From: an uncultured Eubacteriales bacterium
Lineage (GTDB): Bacteria; Acidobacteriota; Aminicenantia; Aminicenantales; Aminicenantaceae
Assembly (NCBI GenBank): GCA_964633715.1
Contig: CAZWHQ010000007.1
Coordinates: 20,914-84,913, forward strand
DNA length: 64,000 bases
Direction: 5' to 3'
Shown piece by piece: positions 29,896 through 38,124 of this stretch (the first letter of the stretch is position 1; the number at the start of each line of letters is the position of its first letter). A program made the position numbers and the translations under genes. The notes under the pieces were generated by a model. That model was not told where the DNA came from. It did not search any database and worked only from the letters and a program-made list of their open reading frames with translations.

Positions 29896-30864
29896 ATGCG
29901 TGCATTCATCACAGGAGCATCAGGTTTTGTGGGCACACATTTGGTCAAAAAACTTCTTAAAAATCACTGGTCCATCCGCATCCTTATCCACAAAAAGAAT
30001 ATCTATGAATCCAAAGATTGCGAAATTTTTACGGGAGATATCGAAGAAAAAGGAGTCCTGGAAGACGCCCTAAAGGACGTGGATGTCCTCTTCCATCTCG
30101 CTGCAGCACTGGGGGGTTCACTTATTGACAAAAATGAATTCTTTCGCATCAATTCGACCGGCACACAGAAGGTTCTTGATGCCGCTTTTAAGGCGGGAGT
30201 TAAAAAAGCCGTGCATTTCAGCTCTTCAGGTGTTTTGGGTGCGGTCCAGAATAACAAAGCGGCCGATGAGACCTATCCCACTTTTCCCATCACTGCGTAT
30301 GACCAATCCAAACTCGAGGGAGAAAGGATCGCCTTAAATTTTGCCGAAGGGGGAAATCCTGTTCTCGTCATCAGGCCTGGCTGGGTTTACGGGCCGGGGG
30401 ACCGGCGCACATTCAAATTGATAAGCGCCATCAAAAGAAAAAAATTTATCCTTGTCACACGTGGCTTAGCCCACCAGACTCCTGTTTTTATCGATGATCT
30501 TCTGCAGGGAGTGCTGCAGTGTATGGGACAGGGAAGAAATGGTGAAATCTACAACATCGCTGGAAATGAAGTCCTGACCGTAAGACAGATTGTAGAAGAA
30601 ATTGCCACCGCTACAAAAAGCACAATCCCAAAACTGAGTCTTCCCTTGTTTCCCACCAAGGTTGCTGCTTGGAAGCTTGAAAAGACATTCAGGCTTTTTA
30701 AAAAAGAAGCGCCGATCACCAGAGGGAAACTGGCTTTTTTCATTCATCCAAAACCCCTCTCCATTCAAAAAGCCGTCCGTGAACTGGACTATGTGCCTCA
30801 AACGGATTTCAAAACAGGCATGGCCCAAACCGTAAGCTGGTATAGAGAGCATGGCTGGCTTTGA
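29896..30864 (+). CDS. NAD-dependent epimerase/dehydratase (extended SDR)
   Basis: ITGASGFVG, FHLAA, YxxxK (YDQSK), IRPGWVYGPGD. Confidence 0.9.
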   Translation: MRAFITGASGFVGTHLVKKLLKNHWSIRILIHKKNIYESKDCEIFTGDIEEKGVLEDALKDVDVLFHLAAALGGSLIDKNEFFRINSTGTQKVLDAAFKAGVKKAVHFSSSGVLGAVQNNKAADETYPTFPITAYDQSKLEGERIALNFAEGGNPVLVIRPGWVYGPGDRRTFKLISAIKRKKFILVTRGLAHQTPVFIDDLLQGVLQCMGQGRNGEIYNIAGNEVLTVRQIVEEIATATKSTIPKLSLPLFPTKVAAWKLEKTFRLFKKEAPITRGKLAFFIHPKPLSIQKAVRELDYVPQTDFKTGMAQTVSWYREHGWL

Positions 30865-30956
30865 AGTACCCGTTCTAAAAAACAGGTTTTATTCTCCACT
30901 CAAATAGTAAACCATTAAGATTTTAAGACAAGAGGGTCACATAGTGTTTCGATGTC

Positions 30957-30985
30957 TTGCGTGACAAGACGGTAAATCATATAAT
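30957..30985 (+). promoter_or_regulatory. Candidate sigma-70 promoter of the methyltransferase gene
   Basis: TTGCGT-17 bp-TATAAT, 20 nt before ATG 31006. Confidence 0.5.
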
Positions 30986-31005
30986 GACAGCCCTGAAGAA
31001 AAATC

Positions 31006-31770
31006 ATGAATAAAGAAAAAGTCAGCCGTTTCTATGATGTGGTATGGACCGAGTACATCCCTGAATATGCGGCCACGGAAAAACATTGGGAAATATTTTT
31101 CTCTGAGGATGATGTTCGAGGAAAATTTGTCTTGGATGCGGGCTGTGGGACTGGAATTTTTAGCATCATTTTCGCCAACAAGGGAGTAAGTTCAGTCACG
31201 GGCATCGATATCAGCGAGGGAAGCCTTCAAACAGCTTTGAACTTGAAGGAAAAATTCGGGCTTTTTAATGCCCAATTTCAAAAGGAGGACATGCTTCATC
31301 TCCCGTTCCGAGATGAACAATTTGACATTGTCTGGGCCTGGGGAACCGTTCATCACACCACAAATCCTTATAAAGCGATCGAAGAATTGATTCGTGTCCT
31401 CAAAAGAGGAGGCTTGATCCTATTGGCTGTTTACACGAGGACAAAGGTGACCTTCATCCATGAATTCATCCGAAAAATTCTTGTTCGTACACCAAAAAAA
31501 ACCTGGACCGCACTTTCTAAAATTATGGCCTTTTTCCTGACTCCCGTCGTTTTTTTCTTTAAAAAAAGAGAAAAGGCCCGAAAAGGTGAAAAACTGGAAG
31601 AATTGATTCTGGATTGGTATTTTGTTCCCATCAGATTTTACTATAAACCTGAAGAGATCCAATTATTCTTAGAAGAGAGAGGATTCACGATCGAACAATT
31701 CCTGCCCGCTTCAGGCCGGTTCAACAGCACATCTAATTTTATCTTTAAAGCTCGAAAAAATAAGACCTAA
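31006..31770 (+). CDS. Class I SAM-dependent methyltransferase
   Basis: VLDAGCGTG, GIDIS, EDMLHLPF..EQFDIV, RVLKRGG. Confidence 0.88.
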   Translation: MNKEKVSRFYDVVWTEYIPEYAATEKHWEIFFSEDDVRGKFVLDAGCGTGIFSIIFANKGVSSVTGIDISEGSLQTALNLKEKFGLFNAQFQKEDMLHLPFRDEQFDIVWAWGTVHHTTNPYKAIEELIRVLKRGGLILLAVYTRTKVTFIHEFIRKILVRTPKKTWTALSKIMAFFLTPVVFFFKKREKARKGEKLEELILDWYFVPIRFYYKPEEIQLFLEERGFTIEQFLPASGRFNSTSNFIFKARKNKT

Positions 31771-31784
31771 AAGGAGAGTTTGAA

Positions 31785-32747
31785 ATGTTTCCGGATTTTC
31801 CTTTAAAAAAGCCCAGATTGACCTCTCTGTTTACAGCATTCCTGCTTCTATCCCTCTTTCATATGTGCAGCCCCAATCCTGAACAAACTGAAAAAATCGA
31901 TAAGGATCAATTCCAGAAGCAAACATTCGATTTTGGCGGGGAAATCGTTTTTTACTCCAACTTCGATGGGGACAATGAAATCTACAAACTCTCTAATAGA
32001 GGTGTTGAAAAGTTGACCGACAACAGTTGGGATGATGAATATCCAGCCTGGGCTCCCGATAAATCAAAAATTGCCTTCACGGCTAATCCAGAGGGAAATT
32101 ATAATATTTACACCATGAATCCTCAAGGCACGAACATCACACAGATCACCTCCGATAAAACAGACGACAAAGATCCGGCTTGGTATGGAGACGGCCGGCA
32201 GATCGCTTATTCACAGTGGAAAAAAAGGAATGTCAATAAGGGCCTCCAACTCTTTAAAGTCAACATCGAGTCGAAAAAGTCAGAGAGAGTTTTGCCCGAT
32301 TATGACAAGATACATGCCCTTCCCCACGTCTCACCCTTTCTTCAACACATTGCCTTCACAGGAAAACGTTCGATGGGCTGGGATGTTGCTATTTATGATT
32401 CACAAACAAAAATCGTTCAATTTCTCGAGGAGGGCGGAAAAAGCTGCCGCCCCCGGTTTTCCAAAGACGGCAACAAGCTTGTCTATGTCTCCGCAAGAGC
32501 GGACGGCAAGGGCGATATTTGGATGATGAATCCAAATGGCACAGAGAAAATCAGGCTCACTGAAAGAGATGAGACATACGACTATTTCCCCACATGGTCT
32601 CCGGACGGACGATACATCGCCTTTAATTCCTCCCTCCAGCATGACCACAACGGCGACTGGCAGCTTTATATCATCGAAGTCCTGACAAAAAAAACAATCC
32701 TGGTCTTCGACAGCCCGGGAAACGACGTCTTCCCCGACTGGCGCTGA
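31785..32747 (+). CDS. TolB-like PD40-repeat beta-propeller lipoprotein
   Basis: Lipobox-like FHMC; repeated PAWAPD, PAWYGD, PRFSKDG and PTWSPDG. Confidence 0.8.
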   Translation: MFPDFPLKKPRLTSLFTAFLLLSLFHMCSPNPEQTEKIDKDQFQKQTFDFGGEIVFYSNFDGDNEIYKLSNRGVEKLTDNSWDDEYPAWAPDKSKIAFTANPEGNYNIYTMNPQGTNITQITSDKTDDKDPAWYGDGRQIAYSQWKKRNVNKGLQLFKVNIESKKSERVLPDYDKIHALPHVSPFLQHIAFTGKRSMGWDVAIYDSQTKIVQFLEEGGKSCRPRFSKDGNKLVYVSARADGKGDIWMMNPNGTEKIRLTERDETYDYFPTWSPDGRYIAFNSSLQHDHNGDWQLYIIEVLTKKTILVFDSPGNDVFPDWR

Positions 32748-32753
32748 AGTGGA

Positions 32754-32782
32754 TTGACTCGCTTTTTTAGAAAGGCTATGAT
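32754..32782 (+). promoter_or_regulatory. Sigma-70 promoter of the symporter gene (probably leaderless)
   Basis: TTGACT-17 bp-TATGAT, 8 nt before ATG 32791, no SD. Confidence 0.6.
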
Positions 32783-32790
32783 ACATCATC

Positions 32791-34023
32791 ATGAAAAGAA
32801 TTAAGCTTCACCACCAAATCTTTATAGGTCTGATTCTCGGCGTAGTCATCGGGCTGATCTTTGGGGAAAAAGCCAGCGTGATCAAACCCATCGGCACCAT
32901 TTTTCTGAACCTGATCATCATGATTGTGGTCCCCCTGGTGCTGGTCTCCTTGATGCTGGGGACCGCCAGTCTTGGAGACATACGAAAGCTGGGGCGCATC
33001 GGTCTCAAAACAATCGTCTACTTCCTGCTCACAACCGTGGTGGCGGCATCGATCGGATTGGCCGCCGCAAACATCTTTAAACCCGGAGTCGGATTGGATG
33101 AGGAGGTCAAGGCAGAACTCCACAAGAATTTTGATGATGGGGCACAGGTGGGGATTCAAAAGATGGAAGAAAAACCTTCAGCCATCGATATTCTGATCAA
33201 TATCGTCCCCACCAATCCCATCAGATCTCTGGTTGAAGGAAATTTACTGCAGGTCATTTTTCTGGCTCTTCTTTTTGGATCCATTCTCACCATCATCAAA
33301 AAGGAAAGGGCCGAACCCGTCATAAAACTCCTCGAAGGCCTCAATGACGTCATCATCCAAGTCGTTCATCTCGCTATGAAGATCGCTCCATTAGGGGTTA
33401 TGGCCTTGATTGCAGATGTCATCGGGCAGTACGGAGAAGGCATCCTTTTAACTCTTCTTAAATACATCCTGGTTTGTGTGGGAGCCTTGCTGCTTTACAC
33501 TATCGGCATGAACTCACTAACCCTCAGCACTCTGGGACGAACCAATCCTTTACACTTTCTTAAAGCCACAAAAGAGGCTATGCTTATCGCTTTTAGCACA
33601 TCCAGTTCAAATGCGGCTCTTCCGGTCAGCATGGAGAGTGTCGAACACCTCGGTGTCTCCCGAGAATACTCCAGTTTTGTCATCCCCTTAGGAGCGACCA
33701 TCAACATGGATGGGACGGCTCTCTACCAGGGGGTCGCCGCCCTCTTTATCGCCCAAATTTACGGCATTCCCCTCACATTTGTAGATCAGGTAACGATTGT
33801 TTTTATGGCTACTCTGTCTTCGATTGGGGCTGCGGGTGTCCCCGCTGCCGGCATCATCACCCTGGCCATGGTCCTCAGGCAAATAGGAATACCGCTCGAA
33901 GGAATCGCTTTTATCATTGGGGTTGACCGATTTCCTGACATGTTCCGCACCATGACAAATATTACGGGTGACATGGCCTGTTCCGTGGTGATCAAAGCCA
34001 GCGAAGAAAAGAACTCGTCATGA
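32791..34023 (+). CDS. Dicarboxylate/amino acid:cation symporter (GltP/GltPh family), probably acidic amino acid, Na+-coupled
   Basis: FSTSSSNAALP, GATINMDGTALY; TM8 DMFRTMTNITGD keeps the Arg and Asp equivalent to GltPh substrate and Na+ sites. Confidence 0.88.
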   Translation: MKRIKLHHQIFIGLILGVVIGLIFGEKASVIKPIGTIFLNLIIMIVVPLVLVSLMLGTASLGDIRKLGRIGLKTIVYFLLTTVVAASIGLAAANIFKPGVGLDEEVKAELHKNFDDGAQVGIQKMEEKPSAIDILINIVPTNPIRSLVEGNLLQVIFLALLFGSILTIIKKERAEPVIKLLEGLNDVIIQVVHLAMKIAPLGVMALIADVIGQYGEGILLTLLKYILVCVGALLLYTIGMNSLTLSTLGRTNPLHFLKATKEAMLIAFSTSSSNAALPVSMESVEHLGVSREYSSFVIPLGATINMDGTALYQGVAALFIAQIYGIPLTFVDQVTIVFMATLSSIGAAGVPAAGIITLAMVLRQIGIPLEGIAFIIGVDRFPDMFRTMTNITGDMACSVVIKASEEKNSS

Positions 34024-34988
34024 TCTCTTTCAAATACAGTGTCCGCCTCCTCAGGCTTTTTTATCACTACATTAGGAAATCCAAAAAACTTCCCTATGCC
34101 CCGGTCCGCTTGTGGGTGGAATTGACCAGTTTATGCAATTACAGATGTTCCATGTGCCCCAATAAAGACATGAACAAAGAGGCTCATGGGTACATGGATT
34201 TTGCTCTCTACAAAAAAATTATCGATGAGGCCGCCGGTTTTGCCTTCGAAATCAATCTTGCACACCGAGGAGAATCTCTCCTGCACCCTCAGATCGTGGA
34301 GGCCATTCTTTATGCTAAAAGCAAAGGGCTCTTCACTCGACTGCACACGAACGGGTCTCTTCTTACTGAAGAACTGGGATTAAAAATCTTGGAATCCGGA
34401 CTGGACCGCCTCTCCTTCTCATTTGACGGATTTGAAAAGGACACCTACGAAAAGATTAGAGTGGGGGGACATTTCGAAAAAACACTTCAGAATATTTTAC
34501 GGTTTCTGGAAATAAAAAGGGAAAAGAAGTCAAAAAAACCCAATACGTCCATCGAAGTGATCAATTTCGAAACCAACAAACGTCTTCTTGCAAGAAAAGA
34601 GTTTGAGGCTAAATTTAAAGATCTGCCATTAGACAGTTTCGTTTTCAAGGATCTCCACAACTGGGCGGGAGAAACAGCAAAAGAACACATTTCAAAGCAT
34701 TCTTCGACCTGTACATTTCCATGGAATGCACTGGTTATTTTTTGGGACGGAAATGTCTTGCCCTGTTCACAGGATTTTTTTGGGAGCTATATTTTGGGAA
34801 ATGTCAAAGAATCCTCCTTGAAAGACATTTGGAACAACACACGGAGTGCACAACTGAGAGAGAAGCTCTCTAAAAAAGACATCCAGGACTTGAAAGCCTG
34901 CCGCAATTGCGACCGCCTGCACCGAAAGAAATTTTTGGGCGTCCCTAAAGAATTCCTGTGGAAATTTATCTCAAAAAAAATGCCTTGA
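34020..34988 (+). CDS. Radical SAM protein with SPASM/twitch domain
   Basis: CNYRCSMC (CxxxCxxC), HRGESLLHP, LHTNG; C-terminal CTFPW...DGNVLPC...GNV...CRNC. Confidence 0.9.
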   Translation: MISFKYSVRLLRLFYHYIRKSKKLPYAPVRLWVELTSLCNYRCSMCPNKDMNKEAHGYMDFALYKKIIDEAAGFAFEINLAHRGESLLHPQIVEAILYAKSKGLFTRLHTNGSLLTEELGLKILESGLDRLSFSFDGFEKDTYEKIRVGGHFEKTLQNILRFLEIKREKKSKKPNTSIEVINFETNKRLLARKEFEAKFKDLPLDSFVFKDLHNWAGETAKEHISKHSSTCTFPWNALVIFWDGNVLPCSQDFFGSYILGNVKESSLKDIWNNTRSAQLREKLSKKDIQDLKACRNCDRLHRKKFLGVPKEFLWKFISKKMP

Positions 34989-35006
34989 CCTGATTTATTA
35001 ACCGGA

Positions 35007-35789
35007 ATGAAAAAAAACAGAAGACAAGCACTGGGGCAGCATTTCCTCAAAGACAAAAAAGCTCTCAGAAAAATAATCCGCATCATCAATCCTCAATCTG
35101 AAGAAACCCTCATCGAAATCGGACCGGGAAAAGGGGCCCTGACTTCTCTTTTGATCCCTAAAGCCGGAAAAGTGTTCGCCATTGAAAAAGACAGACACCT
35201 CGCTGCTTCGCTAAAAGAGAGAGCGCCAAAAAACCTCCTCGTTCTTGAAGAAGATATCCTTAAGGTCTCTTTTAAAAAATTGCTGCCCCCCCGCTGTGAA
35301 TTCAAACTCGTGGGAAACCTTCCTTATTCAATCTCCTCACCGATTCTATTTAGAGTGATAGAAGAACAATCGTTTTTCTCGGAATGTTTTTTTCTGCTGC
35401 AAAAAGAGGTGGCGGAAAGAATTTGTGCACTTCCCGGTTCAAAAGCTTATGCTCCCCTGTCGATCTATTTTTTTAACTTTTTTTTGACCAAACTGCACTT
35501 CACGCTGGCCCCTTCCGCATTTTATCCTCCCCCAAAAGTTCAGTCTGCTTTTATTTCCTTAAAAAAAAGGAAGGCTCCCTTGTTCCGTTTTTCAAACGAT
35601 CAAGAATTCCTTCAGTTTCTTAAAGCGGCGTTTCGACACAGAAGAAAGACTCTTTTCAACAACCTCCTATTGGCCAGCATCCCTGCATCGGACATTAGAG
35701 AGGCTCTAAAAATCTGTAAAATTGAAGCCCATTTACGCCCCGAGCAAATCCATCTTGAACAATTTGTCTGCCTGTACAATCATATATAA
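35007..35789 (+). CDS. rsmA: 16S rRNA (adenine(1518)-N6/adenine(1519)-N6)-dimethyltransferase
   Basis: LGQHFL, IEIGPGKGALT, VGNLPYSIS, FYPPPKVQSA, LRPEQI. Confidence 0.95.
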   Translation: MKKNRRQALGQHFLKDKKALRKIIRIINPQSEETLIEIGPGKGALTSLLIPKAGKVFAIEKDRHLAASLKERAPKNLLVLEEDILKVSFKKLLPPRCEFKLVGNLPYSISSPILFRVIEEQSFFSECFFLLQKEVAERICALPGSKAYAPLSIYFFNFFLTKLHFTLAPSAFYPPPKVQSAFISLKKRKAPLFRFSNDQEFLQFLKAAFRHRRKTLFNNLLLASIPASDIREALKICKIEAHLRPEQIHLEQFVCLYNHI

Positions 35790-35802
35790 GCCAAAATAAT
35801 TA

Positions 35803-35811
35803 TGTTATAAT
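35803..35811 (+). promoter_or_regulatory. Extended -10 element just upstream of ftsK
   Basis: TG-T-TATAAT, 6 nt before GTG 35818 (9 nt before ATG 35821). Confidence 0.5.
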
Positions 35812-35817
35812 TCCCAA

Positions 35818-38124
35818 GTGATGAAGAAGAAAAGTAAGAAGAAATCAACAAAATCCCAAAAAAATACACACCGGAAGAAGAGGTCCTACTCAGGTGAAAT
35901 AACCGGAATTTTCCTCATTTTGCTTGCAGTTTTTATTTTGTTGAGCTTAATCAGCTATGACTCACTGGACCCTTCCTGGGCCACCGGACCATCGGCCGAG
36001 CAGGACGTCCACAATTACGGGGGCCGAGTGGGAGCTTCTCTTTCAGAAGGACTTCTTCAGTTATTTGGTTTGGGTTCTTTTATTCTCTCTTTTGTTTTCC
36101 TCTACATCGCTATCCAAATATTTCTCTTGAAAGAGAAGAGGCGATTTATTCTGGTCGTGAGCAGCACGATTCTGTCCCTCTTTATATTTTGTGCATTCCT
36201 TTCTGCCCTTGTCCCTGATGTCAACTGGAGGACCACCCCCATTCAAACAGGAGGTTTGGCCGGAAACTTCATTTCTGATTTTTTCATCAAGTATTTCAAT
36301 CATTTCGGAACTTTTCTTATCCTTATTGGGCTTCTCTTTTTGTTCCTGGTCTTCTCCACACGTCTTTCCATCAGAAGAATAATTCACGGTTTTTTGTCTC
36401 TCTTTCGGTTTGTCTTCAAAGAGGTCAGAATCCGCATCACCAGCTACCAGAAGCAGAAGAAGCGTGCGAAAATGCGGGATCGCGTGATAAAGAAATACTC
36501 CCCTCCTAAGAAGCATAGTGCCAGAAAAACAAAACCAAAGTCTGTAAAAACAGACAGCAAAAGAAAATTTCCAAAGAAAAAAAAGGCTCTCATTAAACCA
36601 AAAGGGCCTCCTATCCATGAAAAGTTCTTATTTCCAGAACTCCAAAAAAAAGGGGATTATGTCTTCCCTCCTATCAATCTCCTCGAACCAGGAAAAGAGA
36701 TCGAAAAGATCAACAAAAATGAACTTCTCGAAAAAAAACGGCTTATCGAAGAAAAATTACTCGAGTTCAAAGTCGCGGGTGAAGTTCTGGAATACCACCC
36801 TGGCCCCATTCTCACCACATATGAATTTTTTCCTCAGCCAGGCATTAAGGTCAGTCAGGTTGCAAACCTCGCGGAAGATCTCTCTCTTGCCCTAAGAGCC
36901 GAAGCTGTAAGGATCCAAAGAATTCCTGGAAAATCCTCTCTTGGAATTGAAGTCCCTAACAACAGGCAAGAACTCATTCGGATTAGAGACATCATTCAAT
37001 CAGAACTGTTCGTTAAGTCCCCCTCAAAATTAACCTTTGCATTGGGAAAAACCATTCACGGCGAAGTCTATATCACGGACCTCACCGTTATGCCTCATCT
37101 CCTCATTGCTGGAGCAACAGGAACGGGAAAAAGTGTCGCCCTCAATGCCATCATTTCCAGTATCCTGTATAAAGCCACTCCGGATGAAGTCAAATTGATC
37201 TTGATCGATCCCAAAAGGCTGGAATTTTCCGTTTATGAAGGAATCCCTCATCTCTTGTGTCCAGTCATCAGAAATCCTAAAAAAGCAGAGTCCATCTTGC
37301 GTGATGCGATAAAAAAAATGGATGCCAGGTACCACCAGCTAGGAAAAATCGGCGTCCGCAATATTGGACAGTACAATCAACGTGTTCAAAAAATTATCAA
37401 GGAGCGCAAGGGGAGACTAACAGAAGAAGAAAAACGAGATCTCAAACCCCTTCCCTATATTGTCATCATCATCGACGAGCTGGCAGAATTGATGATGATT
37501 GGCGCCCAGGAAGTCGAGTTCTGCATTGCCCGCCTTGCCCAGCTGGCCCGAGCCGTCGGGATCCATCTTGTCTTGGCTACACAAAGACCTTCTACTGATG
37601 TCATCACAGGAACGATCAAAAACAATTTCTCCAGCCGCATCTCCTTCCGTGTCCCTTCAAAAATCGACTCGCGCATCATCATCGATACAGGCGGAGCTGA
37701 ACAACTTCTTGGAAGAGGAGACATGCTTTTCATGCCGCCCAATTATCCCCGCATCCTCCGCCTCCACTGTTCTTTTGTCACTCTTCCTGAAATCACGCGG
37801 CTCGTCAAGTTTGTCAAAGAACAAAGGGAGCCGGAGTTCGATGAAAAAATTGTGCGCGTGCTTAAGAGCCCAGTCGGTCATGGTGACGACGACTCTGCTG
37901 AAAAAGATCCTATTTTTGACAAGGCCGTAGAACTCGTCCTCCATACCGGACAAGCATCCGCCTCCTATCTCCAGAGAAAATTGAAACTCGGATACGCTCG
38001 TGCAGCCAGGATTATCGATCAAATGGAACAGGATGGTATTGTCGGCCCATCCGAAGGGAGCAAGCCAAGAGAAATTTTAATCGACAGAAACGCTTACATG
38101 AGACAACTGGACAGGGAAGAATGA
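35818..38124 (+). CDS. ftsK: DNA translocase FtsK (4TM + motor + gamma domains)
   Basis: N-terminal TMs, PHLLIAGATGTGKS, IIIDELAELM, LATQRPS, LLGRGDML, gamma domain SYLQRKLKLGYARAARII. Confidence 0.96.
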   Translation: MMKKKSKKKSTKSQKNTHRKKRSYSGEITGIFLILLAVFILLSLISYDSLDPSWATGPSAEQDVHNYGGRVGASLSEGLLQLFGLGSFILSFVFLYIAIQIFLLKEKRRFILVVSSTILSLFIFCAFLSALVPDVNWRTTPIQTGGLAGNFISDFFIKYFNHFGTFLILIGLLFLFLVFSTRLSIRRIIHGFLSLFRFVFKEVRIRITSYQKQKKRAKMRDRVIKKYSPPKKHSARKTKPKSVKTDSKRKFPKKKKALIKPKGPPIHEKFLFPELQKKGDYVFPPINLLEPGKEIEKINKNELLEKKRLIEEKLLEFKVAGEVLEYHPGPILTTYEFFPQPGIKVSQVANLAEDLSLALRAEAVRIQRIPGKSSLGIEVPNNRQELIRIRDIIQSELFVKSPSKLTFALGKTIHGEVYITDLTVMPHLLIAGATGTGKSVALNAIISSILYKATPDEVKLILIDPKRLEFSVYEGIPHLLCPVIRNPKKAESILRDAIKKMDARYHQLGKIGVRNIGQYNQRVQKIIKERKGRLTEEEKRDLKPLPYIVIIIDELAELMMIGAQEVEFCIARLAQLARAVGIHLVLATQRPSTDVITGTIKNNFSSRISFRVPSKIDSRIIIDTGGAEQLLGRGDMLFMPPNYPRILRLHCSFVTLPEITRLVKFVKEQREPEFDEKIVRVLKSPVGHGDDDSAEKDPIFDKAVELVLHTGQASASYLQRKLKLGYARAARIIDQMEQDGIVGPSEGSKPREILIDRNAYMRQLDREE

